Origin: Nemertoderma westbladi
Taxonomy: Eukaryota > Animalia > Xenacoelomorpha
Direction of reading: 5' to 3'
NCBI GenBank assembly: GCA_032718475.1
Contig: JAUCBJ010008594.1
Span: 1-64,000 of the forward strand
DNA: 64,000 nt
Part shown: piece after piece, positions 25,232 to 37,596 of the stretch
Layout: every line of letters starts with the position of its first letter
Position numbering within the stretch: position 1 is the stretch's first letter
Made by a program: the position numbers and the translations under genes
Notes under the pieces: model-generated
Database searches by the model: none
Seen by the model: the letters and a program-made list of their open reading frames with translations, nothing else
Told to the model about the DNA's origin: nothing

Positions 25232-28200
25232 TGTAGTGACATCCAGTGGTTCACACTTTTATATACTGTATTTCATTCTACATATATTTGGTGGTTGGTT
25301 ACAAAAGTTACTTTTACGGTATACCCTGATTACGTTGGTTGCCTAGTGATATCATCAGATCATCTGATCATCAGTACTTCTGTAGTACTGCACTTCGGCT
25401 TCCTAAAGCCTACACGTGTACACTTCTGCACTGCACTGTCTGACATATTAATACATAATATACTGATATGATATAGCCTCACGCTCACCCTTGAGTTATT
25501 CCATATCACTACATGGCGCTGCGAGTAGTCACTTACTCCTGAACTCGATTCGCGGGTTTACCCTTTTTTATCGCACGTTCATTGACGTTCCGATGGCAGA
25601 AGCGGAAAACGCCGAGGATAAACCCTGGTTAGATCTAACCCACGACGAGATCAACGCATTAACCCATGCCGAACTGTTGCAATACTGTCATGACGCCCGC
25701 ATCCCGCATGACAACAAAACATCGGTTGTGAAGCTTAGAACTAAGCTCCAATCCGCAATCGAATCCGCTATCGAAACTGAGGAAAATCCACGCGGCATGG
25801 ATAAACTCCTGCAGTTCATGCAACAGCAACAACGCAAACACCGCGAACAGCAGGCAGAAGCAAATCGCCGATTAGAGGAACAACAGGCTTGTTCCGATGC
25901 GCAACTTCGGGACCTTCTCGACAGACTTGCTCGTCAGCAAAACGTCGACCCTGCCAACCTGTCATTAGCCCCCGTGGCACCAGTCTCCGGACCCCCCAGA
26001 CGACGGCACTTGATCTCGATCGACAACCTCGACCGAATCGACACCTCCGTCGACCTTCCCGCTTTCCATCGCTGGCGGGACAGCTGGGAATATAATGCAA
26101 ACCGCCAGCGGGCGGAGACATACAGCCATCAGACATCCGCCGCGAACAGGTTTATACTCTCCTGACTGCGTTAGGTCCGGGACTCCAGGAAGTCGTCCGA
26201 GTCCACCTAAAACTGGATCCCGACGACGATGCCACGACTACGAAATTCGTACTCGACGGTCTGCGGGATCATCTTCGTTCCAAACACAGCATTGCCCTGG
26301 ATTGCTTGGCCTTCCATAAACGCCACCAGGGCCCACAGGAGACGTTCGACGACTTCTACATTGCTCTCCAGCACCTCGCTGACCTCGCCAAACTCTGCCT
26401 ACATTGCCATGACGACCAAATTGTAACACAAATTTTGGTCGGTCTCCACTCTGCCGAGACACAACAGGAGCTCTTAAAAGTCTTGCCCCGGCCCACACTC
26501 GACGTCTGCGTCCAGACTTCCCAAAACTGGGAGTCGAGCTCCAAAAATCAGTCGTTTCTCGGCGGCTCCGGTTCCATCGCGAAAGTTTTGCAATACAAGC
26601 AGCGGCGCGGCCGCTCACCAATGCGTCCAGGTGCCCCCAATCGACCGCAAACCGGTTCGGGAAACCGCTCAACTCCCGGACAATCCACGAGAACCTCTTC
26701 TCGTGGCGGGAACCCTCGCGCACGCAATTGGGTTTGCGGTAACCAGCAACATACCGACAGGTCCAATTGCCCCGCCCGAGAAGTTCAGTGCGATGGTTGC
26801 GGTAAAACCGGCCACTTTTACAAAGTATGCCGTTCCAGCGGTCCTGCGCCTAAACCCGCCAAAACTAACACTATATTATCCCGGGATTCCATCAACCGCC
26901 TCGAGTACAGCGCGGCGGTCTGTAAACTGGACTATATCTCGGTGGATCTCACCCTGTCCGGTACCGGTACCTATCTGGGAAAGGTACACCGTGCGCTCCC
27001 CGACAGCGGCGCAGCAGCGACCATCCTAAGCGAAGACCTCTTCTACAAGCTCGGAGGCCTCCATGCGGATCTACTCCCGTCGATGAATCTGGATTTGGTC
27101 GCCGCGGATGGTCTTCCCCTTCAAACTCGCGGCCGTCTACCCGCTTCTATTACTTCTGGTGGCAACACTGCAACTACCGAAGTCATTCTCTCTCCGGAGA
27201 CGGAGGGTTTAATTCTAAGCAAATCCGTTTGCTTAGATCTTGGGATCCTCCCCCTGAGTTTCCCATATCCCATAGCCGTCTCCGCAACCTCAACTGGGAC
27301 CCCTGTACCGTTCGCAGTTCTAGAACCTGATCCCTGTCGTTCAGGTTCCGACAGCCCTAGCGCTATTCTCGACTGTTACGGGGATGTTTTCGACGACGAG
27401 GCCGCCCCTCTGTCAACCATTACTGGTCCCCCCATGCATATAGAACTCAAGGAGGGCGCCCAGCCCTACCATGCCAACGGCGCTCGTCCGATTCCGTTTG
27501 CGCTTCGGGACGAGGTAAAAACCCTCCTTGATGACTTGGAACGCCGCGACGTCATACAGCGTGTGGATGAACCCACCGAGTGGGCCCACCCGCTTACAGT
27601 TACCCGGAAACCCAGCGGTAAACTTTGTCTATGTGTGGATTTGCGCCATCTTAACTACCAGGTTAAATGGCCATTTTACCCCACACCCAATCCACGAGTC
27701 GCGGTTGCAGAAATTTCCCCCACTGCTCGATACTTTTCAGTGTTCGACGCCTCCCATGGGTATTGGCAGGTACCCCTAGACGCTGAATCTCAGCTCCTAA
27801 CCACCTTCATTACTCCATGGGGGCGATTTAAACATACACGCAGTGTGATGGGGCTGATTTCTTCCGGCGACGAATTCAACCGCCGGGGCGATGATGCACT
27901 CCGAGGTATCCCACGAATGCTTAAGATCGTGGACGATGTCCTCCTATACGATAATACTCTCGAGGAACACATCTGTAGCATCCAACGCTTCCTTCCAATC
28001 CTTCCCCCGACCGGAAACTCTCACCGACCTTCGGAGTTTCGTCGGTTTGGTGGAACAACTAGCTCCCTTCTCCACCTCCATTGCTGAGTTACTTCTTCCA
28101 CTGCGACCTCTCCTGAGTATCAAGTCGCCGTACATCTGGACCAGCGACCATCAGCGGGTCTTCGACGCCACTAAACGCGCCCTCACAACAACCCCAGTAC

Positions 28201-30358
28201 TGGCTCCCTTTGATGTCTCCCTCGACACCCGACTTGTGACCGACTCTTCTCGCCTCAAAGGGCTCGGCTACGCCCTTCTCCAACGCCACGGTGTCGAGTG
28301 GAAGCTCGTTGAATGTGGCTCCAGATTCACTTCCGATACGGAATCACGCTACGCAACAATTGAGCTCGAACTCCTTGCAGTCATCTAGGCCGCCACAAAG
28401 TGTTGTACTTTCCTCCTTGGGCTCCCTAGCTTCACGCTCGTTACCGACCATCAACCACTGGTCACCATCCTCAACCGCAAGGGGCACTCTGAGGTCAACA
28501 ACACTCGGATCCAGCGGCTGAAGTCAAAGTTGTCTCCGTATATATTTACCACAACTTGGTGCTGCGGGAAAGACCATGCAATCCCCGATGCGCTTTCCCG
28601 GTCACCCGTCGACCAACCGACCTCAGCCGACCTCGTCGACGATGGCGAGATTGCCTACAATCTGCGCTCTGTTACACTCGCCAACATCTCCGCGATTTCC
28701 GGCGAGGATTACCTCGAGGACCCGGTCCTCCAGGAGCTATCCAACACTGCTAGGGAAGACGAGGCTTACCGTTCTCTACATACCGCTGTCCAGCACGGTT
28801 TCCCCCCCAGTTCACGTAGCGACCCCGCGGTTGGTGCCTACTGGTCCCTCCGGGACTCCCTATCAACAGATGGCGACCTGGTACTTTATGGTCAATGCCT
28901 CGTCATCCCCCAGGCGGCCCGAGCCATCACATTTGAACGCCTCCACACTCCCCATCAAGGGGTTGACAAATCCCTTCGGCGAGCCCGACAGTGCGTGTAC
29001 TGGCCGGGCCTCACAAATGACATTCGGACATCCGTCGCCAGCTGTCCGTCGTGTCTTCGCCACCGATCGACCCCACCGAAGGAACCCTTCCTCCAGGAAC
29101 CTCCCCCAACACGGATATTCGAAGACATATCCGCGGACTTTTTCAGCCTAAATGGCCGGCACTACGTCGCCCTCGCCGATCGTTACAGCGGCTGGCCCGA
29201 CCTTCACAACTTCCCGGGTCCCCCAACCGCTCTACAGACTATTGCGGCGCTAAAACAATAGATTACCCGGTATGGTGTACCAACTCGACTCCGCTCGGAT
29301 GGCGGCACCCCACTCACCGCCACAGCGACGAAAACATTGCTTAATGAATGGGGTGTTATCCCAGTTACCTCCTCTGCGGAATACCCGCAGGGTAATGGGC
29401 ACGTGGAGGCAACTGTAAAGTCCCTCAAGAGCCTTCTAGATAAAGTAGGTGGCTCTCACACCTCCGAGGCCTTTGCCGAGGGTCTACTCTCACTCAGGAA
29501 CAGCCCACGGAAGAGCGGTCTCTCTCCCGCTCAAGTAGTGTACGGCCACCCCCTCCGTACTCGCGTCCCCGCACACCACAGTGCATTTGCGGCGGACCAC
29601 CAGGCCACACGGCGCCGACTCGATGAAGTTCTTCCACCACTACATACGAAACGCATTACCGACTATAACAAAGCGGCCCACAGCCTCCCGCCCCTCGCAG
29701 TTCATGACCACGTCGTGATACAAGACCCCCACTCCAAACGCTGGGACCGAAAGGGGATGGTCGTTGAGGCTGGGCCCAACCGTAGATACACGGTCAGGAC
29801 CCCTTCCGGCCGTAATATAAGTAGGAACCGTCGCTTCCTACTTCTCGACACTTCGACGCCACTCTCCAGTGCCTCTCCGGCAACTCCCAGGATTCCCGAC
29901 GACACTGCCACAACACACACGCCCGTGGCGGATATCAACCCCGCTGGGCCACCCAAAACTGTCAAATTTGACAATAATGTTACCACACGCGAAATACCTA
30001 CACGCACCCGCCGTTACCCTACTCGGCAACATAAACCCCCACAGCGACTATAACTCATAACGAGCTAGAAGGGGGGTGTAGTGACATCCAGTGGTTCACA
30101 CTTTTATATACTGTATTTCATTCTACATATATTTGGTGGTTGGTTACAAAAGTGACTTTTACGGTATACCCTGATTACGTTGGTTGCCTAGTGATATCGG
30201 CAGATCAGCTGATCATCAGTACTTCTGTAGTACTGCACTTCGGCTTCCTAAAGCCTACACCTGTACACTTCTGCACTGCACTGTCTGACATATTAATACA
30301 TAATATACTGATATGATATAGCCTCACGCTCACCCTTGAGTTATTCCATATCACTACA
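25232..30358 (+). mobile_element. Gypsy (Mag-clade-like) LTR retrotransposon with both LTRs, coding region inactivated
   Basis: 282-bp LTRs 25232-25513 and 30077-30358 (about 5 mismatches by eye); TSD TTTAG; PBS tggcgctgcgag (tRNA-Ser type); PPT agaagggggg; gag CCHC, protease DSGA, RT IVDD, RNase H TDSS/ELELLA, integrase; frameshifts, stops and an RT deletion. Confidence 0.97.
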
Positions 30359-30363
30359 TTTAG

Positions 30364-31359
30364 TTAGGATCTAAGTTCACCTACTGTAGTTAGGATCTAA
30401 GTTCACCTAATTATGATCTAAGTTCACCTACTGTAGTTAGGATCTAAGTTCACTTAATTAGAATCTAAGATCACCTAGTTAGGATCCAAGTTCACCTACT
30501 TTAGTTAGGATCTAAGTTCACCTACTTTAGTTAGGATCTAATTTCACCTAATTAGGATCTAAGTTCACCTAATTAGGATCTAAGTTCACCTAATTAGGAT
30601 CTAAGTTCACCTACTTTAGTTAGGATCTAATTTCACCTACTGTAGTTAGGATCTAAGTTCACTTAATTAGAATCTAAGATCACCTAGTTAGGATCTAAGT
30701 TCACCTACTTTAGTTAGGATCTAAGTTCACCTACTGTAGTTAGGATCTAAGTTCACTTAATTAGAATCTAAGATCACCTAGTTAGGATCTAAGTTCACCT
30801 ACTTTAGTTAGGATCTAATTTCACCTAATTAGGATATAAGTTCACCTAATTAGGATCTAAGTTCACCTAATTAGGATCTAAGTTCACCTAATTAGGATCT
30901 AAGTTCACCTACTGTAGTTAGGATCTAAGTTCACTTAATTAGAATCTAAGATCACCTAGTTAGGATCTAAGTTCACCTTCTTTAGTTAGGATCTAAGTTC
31001 ACCTACTGTAGTTAGGATCTAAGTTCACCTAATTATGATCTAAGTTCACCTACTGTAGTTAGGATCTAAGTTCACTTAATTAGAATCTAAGATCACCTAG
31101 TTAGGATCTAAGTTCACCTACTTTAGTTAGGATCTAATTTCACCTAATTAGGATCTAAGTTCACCTAATTAGGATCTAAGTTCACCTAATTAGGATCTAA
31201 GTTCACCTACTGTAATTAGGATCTAAGTTCACTTAATTAGAATCTAAGATCACCTAGTTAGGATCTAAGTTCACCTACTTTATTTAGGATCTAAGTTCAC
31301 CTACTGACTGTAGTTAGGATCTAATTTCACCTACTGTAGTTAGGATCTAAGTTCACCGC
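30364..31359 (+). repeat. 21/26-bp satellite array, right of Gypsy
   Basis: Same monomers as 24380-25231, in recurring higher-order arrangement. Confidence 0.97.
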
Positions 31360-31677
31360 ATTACCGCATCAATTTAATTACATTTGTCCCATTCCAGCAT
31401 TCTGCGATTGACCAGTGTGTCAGTGTCAGACTGTCAGAGTGTAGTGTCTATATCTCTATATACATGTATTGACATCATAGTGTCTATGTACTAACTGATG
31501 TACTGCAGTACTGCGTACTGATGTATGTCAATTATTGCAGTATTGCTGTATTTAAATGCTCGACATTGTCTGAATTGTACTCAAACTCACCTGTATGTCA
31601 ATCATATTTTATTATTTATTTATTGTCTGACTGTCTGAATTGTGCTCACCGATTAATAGTATATTACTACTGTACTA

Positions 31678-32091
31678 CAGTTAGGAACACTGGTCACTTT
31701 CTGGCTGAAGCTCAGCCAAAAATTGTCCACATATTTACAGCCAGAAAGTGTCCGTGCAGCCACTATTTGTCCTTCACAGGCTGCGATTATATTTCCGGAC
31801 ATATTTTGGCTGTAACTCCACTAGTACTCAAAGCAGAAGCTGGGCACATTTTTATTTTTAATATTATGATAGTTATCCCAACGATGAGATTCTAATTCTC
31901 AAATTAATTTATACAGAATTTTATGGCGATTCTAATGGCATAATTTTTAGAATGCCAATGTTAAAATTTCACTGCCGGTTTTTAAATGAAATTTAGCATT
32001 GTTTTCTATGGAGAAATTTCACTCTGAGAGCGTTTTCCGCGGACAAATTCTGGCTGTAAATTGGACATATTGTGACCAGTGTTCCTGACTG
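31678..32091. mobile_element. Tc1/mariner-type MITE ~200 bp upstream of the TGR start codon
   Basis: ta|cagttaggaacactggtcac ... gtgaccagtgttcctgactg|ta. Confidence 0.9.
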
Positions 32092-32288
32092 TACTAGTAC
32101 ACAGTACTGCAGTACAGTAGTATAGGCCCTATTAGTATTTTGTTCTTTGTATTACCTGATTACTGTATTACATATTATGTTCTTGCTGTCTAACTAACTA
32201 GTGCACTTTGCACTTACAGACTTACCTGCTTACCGTACCGGTATTTAGTTCGAGTAATTGAGTACTGCTGTACTGGCTGACTGGAGTA

Positions 32289-34067
32289 ATGGCGCCTTTA
32301 CCAAATGAAGCTATAAGATCCCTAATCGAGAAATCAATAAAGGATCACAAGGTTTTTATATTCAGTAAATCCTCGTGTCCTTTTTGTAGTCGCGTTAAAG
32401 ATGTTTTCCGTTCGCTGAACGCGCCGTTCGGGCTATTGGAACTGGACGAACATGCCGATGGTGCGCTGATCCAGGCCGAGTTGGAGGTTAAAACTAAACA
32501 GCGAACCGTTCCTAACGTTTTCATAAACGAGAAACACATTGGGGGTTGCGATGCTGTCGTCGCTTTACTGAACAACGGATCGCTAACTCCGTTACTCGTC
32601 GCCAAGTCCGAGTTCGAGTTCGATCTCGTAGTTATCGGCGGAGGATCGGGAGGTTTGGCTGCGGCCAGGGAGGCCGCGAGGCTGGGCCGACGAGTGGCGT
32701 TGTGCGACTTCGTGAAACCGTCGCCTATGGGCACAACCTGGGGGCTGGGGGGCACCTGCGTCAACGTGGGTTGCATCCCCAAGAAGTTGATGCACCACGC
32801 CGCGATGCTGGGCCACTCGGTCAGCGACGCCAAGGCGTACGGCTGGTCCGTGGACGCCGGTTCCCACGACTGGGTGTCGCTTCGAGACGCGGTACAGGCG
32901 CACATCGGTTCGCTAAACTTCGGCTACCGCGTGGCGTTGCGGGACGCGAACATCGAGTACGTGAACGGGTTCGCCACCTTCGTGGACTCGCACTCGGTAC
33001 GCACGGTGAATAAACGCGGGAAAGAGAGACTGTTGACTGCGGAGTCCTTCGTGTTAGCGATGGGGGAACGCCCGAGGTACCCGGACGTTCCGGGTGCCAA
33101 GGAGCTCGGCATCACATCCGACGATCTCTTCTCGCTTCCGTCGCCACCCGGGAAGACTCTCCTAATCGGCGCGTCGTACGTTTCTCTCGAGTGCGCGGGA
33201 TTCCTCGCCGGTTTGGGCTACGACGTCACCGTTATGGTGCGTTCAATTCTGCTGCGAGGGTTCGACACCGACATGGCGGAACGGATCGGGACTTACATGG
33301 CGGCCCACGGAGTCGCGTTCCTACGACCGGCGGTCCCGCGACGGATGGAGCGAGTCGCGAGCGGCCGAGTGCGGGTCGAGTGGGAGCGATTGGACACCGG
33401 TGCCACGGAGACGGGCGAATACGATACGGTGGTGGTGGCGGTGGGTCGGGACCCCTGCACCGCGGGGATCGGGCTGGAGGACATCGGGGTCGAAACTAAC
33501 CCGAAGAACGGCCGCGTACGGGTGGATGAGCGCGAGCGGACGAGCGTAGCGAGTGTGTACGCGATAGGGGACATAGTGGAGGGCGGCATCGAACTAACTC
33601 CGGTCGCTATACAAGCGGGACGATTGTTAGCGAGACGTCTCTACGGTAACAGCGAGGTCACCATGGACTACGAGAACGTGGCGACCACGGTGTTCACCCC
33701 GTTGGAGTACGGCTGCGTGGGACTCTCGGAGGACGACGCGATCCGTCGACTGGGTGACGCGGCTGTGGAGGTCTTCCACGCGAGTTACCGTCCGCTCGAG
33801 TGGAGCGTACCGGATCGGGAACTCAACGCGTGCTACGCGAAGGCCGTGGTGCGGCGGGCGGACGACCGGGTGGTGGGGCTGCACTTCCTGGGCCCCAACG
33901 CGGGCGAGGTTGTCCAGGGGTTCGGGGCCGCCGTGCGGCTCGGGCTCACCAAGGGACAGCTGGACGCGACCGTGGGGATCCACCCCACCGTGGCGGAGAC
34001 CCTGACCCAGCTGCGGGCGAGTAAGTCGGGAGGGGAGCCGGTCGAGGTGTCGGGTTGCTGAGGGTAG
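32289..34067 (+). CDS. TGR: Thioredoxin-glutathione reductase (Grx-TrxR fusion), intronless selenoprotein; TGA at 34059-34061 read as Sec
   Basis: N-terminal glutaredoxin (CPFC, TVPNVF, IGGCD), GGGSGG FAD motif, CVNVGC redox centre, GIHPT; C-terminus GGT TGC TGA GGG TAG = G-C-U-G-stop. Confidence 0.96.
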
Positions 34068-34069
34068 AG

Positions 34070-34111
34070 AACCTCCCGGCTGGTGGGGGGGGCCCCCACC
34101 GCCGGGAGGTT
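34070..34111 (+). promoter_or_regulatory. GC-rich 19-bp stem-loop starting 9 nt after the Sec codon
   Basis: aacctcccggc-t-ggtggggg-ggg-cccccacc-gccgggaggtt; structure seen directly, function inferred. Confidence 0.6.
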
Positions 34112-34144
34112 TGGCTGTCGGTTGGGTTGGCGGTCTACCGGTGG

Positions 34145-34215
34145 TGGTAGACGGATGACGACGTGTCCGTAACCCGTAGTAACGGAGGGACAAGTCCGAA
34201 TGATCCGACCTGACT
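34145..34215 (+). promoter_or_regulatory. Eukaryotic SECIS element (type 2)
   Basis: ATGA at 34155, helix gacgtgtcc/ggacaagtc, AA at 34171-72 (12 nt after ATGA), apical mini-stem ccgt-agta-acgg, GA at 34198-99. Confidence 0.88.
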
Positions 34216-36064
34216 GGCAGTCGGTAGAGATGCACGTTTCTGATTGGTTGGTTTAGAGTCACGGAATATTCCAGTTTTATTATTGTTACACATTTCTAGA
34301 ATACAGTGAATTATTATTGTGCCTTCAGTACGGCAGTTTGTGTTCTACTTGGCAGTAATTGTTTGGTGTAATGATTATTGAAAGTCTTAAAGTATTTATA
34401 ATCAGTAATCACCTTATCGCGTATCTCGCAATAATAATTGCAGTGTTTAATTAGCAGTTACATACGTGTACGTCAGTACATCGGTTCCCTATGCAGATAT
34501 GTTAGCAGTTAGGGCAGGTATGGTTATGGTATGTATCATACCAGCCCTAATTGTTAATTATTAATTAATTATTATCCATTACTGATAAATAACAACGTTG
34601 TTTGTATAATTATCACATTTTGAGGTCTTTAATTCTTTATTCTATAATACTGTAACTATTTTTCATATTTAAACTTCATCCTCTCTTACTTACATTACAT
34701 AGTAAACAACTATATTTAGTATTTTTTACACCGGTATGTTAAGTGTTATAATTACTAATAAACAGATTTCGGTAAGTATATAGGGTCTAAGCTGGCTTAA
34801 TGAAAACCAAAACACTGCGAGGTGAGGTATTAGCGTTTATCTATAATTAATACCGTGTTTAACTGTTCGTGGTGGATCATTGGTAGATTTATTCTATTGA
34901 TTCATAAATAATCGATAACTTTTATTAAATATTGTGCTAAATTATTATACGTTATAAATAATTGTTGTTGTGATCCTTAAATAATTAATAATTGTTTTTT
35001 TTAAACTGTTTGGTTATAGTTATCAATGTTTGATCCGGGACAGTTTTATTAAAAAACTTGTATCATGAGATTGTATCCTTCCTTTGTTAGTAAACACTTT
35101 ACTTCATTTAGCTCGGGAATTTTATAACATAACATTTTTGGTTAACTTGTTTCGATTCAAAGAATACCTTTATTGTATTTGTGTTTAACCGAAATCGAGT
35201 GTCTAATCGAACCTCTTTAAACCTATAATTTGACTTTCGTCCAGAGGCAGAGACAGGATACGATACGATACGAAAAATCCAAGATACGATACGAAATACG
35301 AAAAAAATTTCGTATTTTTTTTCGTATCCTATTTTATCTAAAAGTTGATAAAAAATATATGTATTGTATTTTGTATTACACATGTATCATATAAATCTCT
35401 ATACAATAGGCAAGTATTTTTTATTTCAATGTTCCAGTATGCTTGCTACAACAATAGTGCGGCTACTGGCTACAACATCCATAAGGACGTTATGCAACAC
35501 GGTCCAATAGTAGGCGTTACCATATTACCATGCCACTTTATGAATACTGTACCTAGGACTACTGCCGTCATTTACGAAATAATTTTGAATTTGATGTACC
35601 AATATGGAATAAAATATTGTTTTGGTTAGATTCAGTCCTTCTGTAACCTCGGTTTTCAGTGCAAACCAGGTATACTTCATATGGGCCAAGCCAATATCTC
35701 AGCCACTTCTTCATTAAAATACGATGGCGTTATAGATATGGACTGCAGCAGCGCTATATTTTCCATCGGTTCAAAGAATCACTAAGACAAATAATAAATA
35801 GCAAGTAAAAATAGTACTATTATAAAGTTTGAAACCGATAATAAAGCTTTTACTCTAAACATCTCCCAAAGAGGTAAAGAACATTCTAAATTACCTCTTT
35901 TTGAAATTGTGTGCGATATCATCAACATTTGTAGAAAACTGATATAAATAATATTAATATGTCCCCGAACCGTTTTTGAGTTTGATACTAAATACCTTTA
36001 AACCATTATTTATATAGTCAGTTAACACACCACCTCTAACAACCTTACATGTGAAGTTACATTG

Positions 36065-37363
36065 TTAACCAATATTATTATATCTAATACAAAACAGAAA
36101 TATTAGCACGATAAGGAAAGGCAACCCAACCAAACTGTAAATGGAAGATGCTATTTGAAAACCGAGATAATCATTTAGAAGGCCACCAAAAACTCCACCC
36201 AGTATATGACCAACAGACGATGAAATTCGGAAAGTCTGTTGTATAAGAGATCTTATATCCACATTATCGGGATATCCAGATATCTGTACTGCAAGTTGAG
36301 TTTGTGCCTCTACTCCGGGGGTCATAAACATACCTACACCGAATCCAAGAACTGCGCAACCACTGAGTGATATGGTCAATGAGTAAGGGAGACCAATGTA
36401 TTCAGTTGGGCCAATCAAATTTGTCGACGCTGATACTAACACTACCCCAAATACTATTGGATAGATTTGTTTCCATTTATTCATCATTAAAGTCACTAAT
36501 AAACCGCTGACAGATAGAGAAATGGGGTAGAGAAGGAAGTCAAGACCAATATGATATTGGTCTACGTGATAGTAACTATGGAGATATGAAGCAAAATTAG
36601 ACAATATGAAATAAACAAACATTGAACTATATACGTGCAGAATAGTTATAAGAGTAATCCCTGGATTCTTTAAAATCCCCCAATATGATGGTCTTTCTGC
36701 GTTATTGTCGCATCTATTAAGAATATAAGGCGGGGAATCAAACCAGCAATATAATATAAGGAATAGGAACATTAAACCGGATATTACAAACGGATACTCG
36801 AATCCAAATCGAGCATAAATAGATGACCCAAAAACTGGGGACAATGTGAACCCAAGATAACCCATAACAACCGACAGACTAGCTATCGTGGACCGGTGTG
36901 TCGGGAATAATTCCATCAGCAAATTGTATGAGTACATAAAACTGATGTTGAGACCAACAGCCGTAAGTATACGTAATGAGAAACATGAGAAAATAAATAA
37001 TTCATTGTTTGTAATATATATAACAAACCCAAATATAATCTGTGCAACAGATCCAATAGTGCCGAACAGACCCAATGAAATCCTTGTCCCCCAGTTGGTC
37101 AGACGATGTGGGCACGTTATGTAAATGACAAGTCTAGCGACGGAAAACGATGAAAGTAAGGCACCGATGAGAGCGTTAGACCAATTATGTTCTTTTACAA
37201 CAATAGGAAAGAAGGTCTCCAATAGATTGAGACACCACCCCGGTGTTATTTGGAACGCAAGCAAACAAACAAGTAGCAACTTCAATCTCCATCCTTTCAA
37301 ATTGCTATTTCCAGTTATGCTATGTTCATTGCTTGTCGTTTGATTATCCGAATCTGATTCCAT
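36065..37363 (-). CDS. Intronless MFS transporter, SLC18B1-like
   Basis: 432 aa with about 12 hydrophobic segments in a 6+6 pattern; FFPIVV, SLRILTAVG, ELFP, G-TLSPVFGS-IY-RFGFEYPF and GGLLND-LGF resemble SLC18B1. Confidence 0.8.
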   Translation of the reverse strand: MESDSDNQTTSNEHSITGNSNLKGWRLKLLLVCLLAFQITPGWCLNLLETFFPIVVKEHNWSNALIGALLSSFSVARLVIYITCPHRLTNWGTRISLGLFGTIGSVAQIIFGFVIYITNNELFIFSCFSLRILTAVGLNISFMYSYNLLMELFPTHRSTIASLSVVMGYLGFTLSPVFGSSIYARFGFEYPFVISGLMFLFLILYCWFDSPPYILNRCDNNAERPSYWGILKNPGITLITILHVYSSMFVYFILSNFASYLHSYYHVDQYHIGLDFLLYPISLSVSGLLVTLMMNKWKQIYPIVFGVVLVSASTNLIGPTEYIGLPYSLTISLSGCAVLGFGVGMFMTPGVEAQTQLAVQISGYPDNVDIRSLIQQTFRISSSVGHILGGVFGGLLNDYLGFQIASSIYSLVGLPFLIVLIFLFCIRYNNIG

Positions 37364-37596
37364 TTCAATTCTTAAATTGTTAATTAATATATGTGTTGAT
37401 TGTGATAGCGCAATAGTCTTATATTAATAATTGTTTATTTTGGTTTGTAATCTCCTTCGCTACAATAATGAATTACCTTTTTTTTTATTTTATAATAAAA
37501 ATTTATAGCTGCCAATTTAATCAGTTAATTTGAATAAATGATATTGTAATACAGTTACATAATTATCACTAGAATCGACACTCATATTACAACAAC

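Larger units (their letters stand above)
14020..31359. mobile_element. Foldback-like element whose arms are oppositely oriented 21/26-bp tandem arrays; hosts several nested insertions
   Basis: Left arrays of aacttagatcct (14040-14097, 22178-22376) are the reverse complement of right arrays of aggatctaagtt (24380-25231, 30364-31359). Left terminus and TSD not identified. Confidence 0.6.

Noticed and set aside
32289-34067. Horizontal transfer of TGR from bacteria (intronless, GC-rich)
   Set aside because: The Grx-TrxR architecture, GCUG end and 3'UTR SECIS are animal-type
32345-34262. Overlapping and antisense ORFs on TGR
   Set aside because: Shadow ORFs of GC-rich coding DNA with no recognisable motifs
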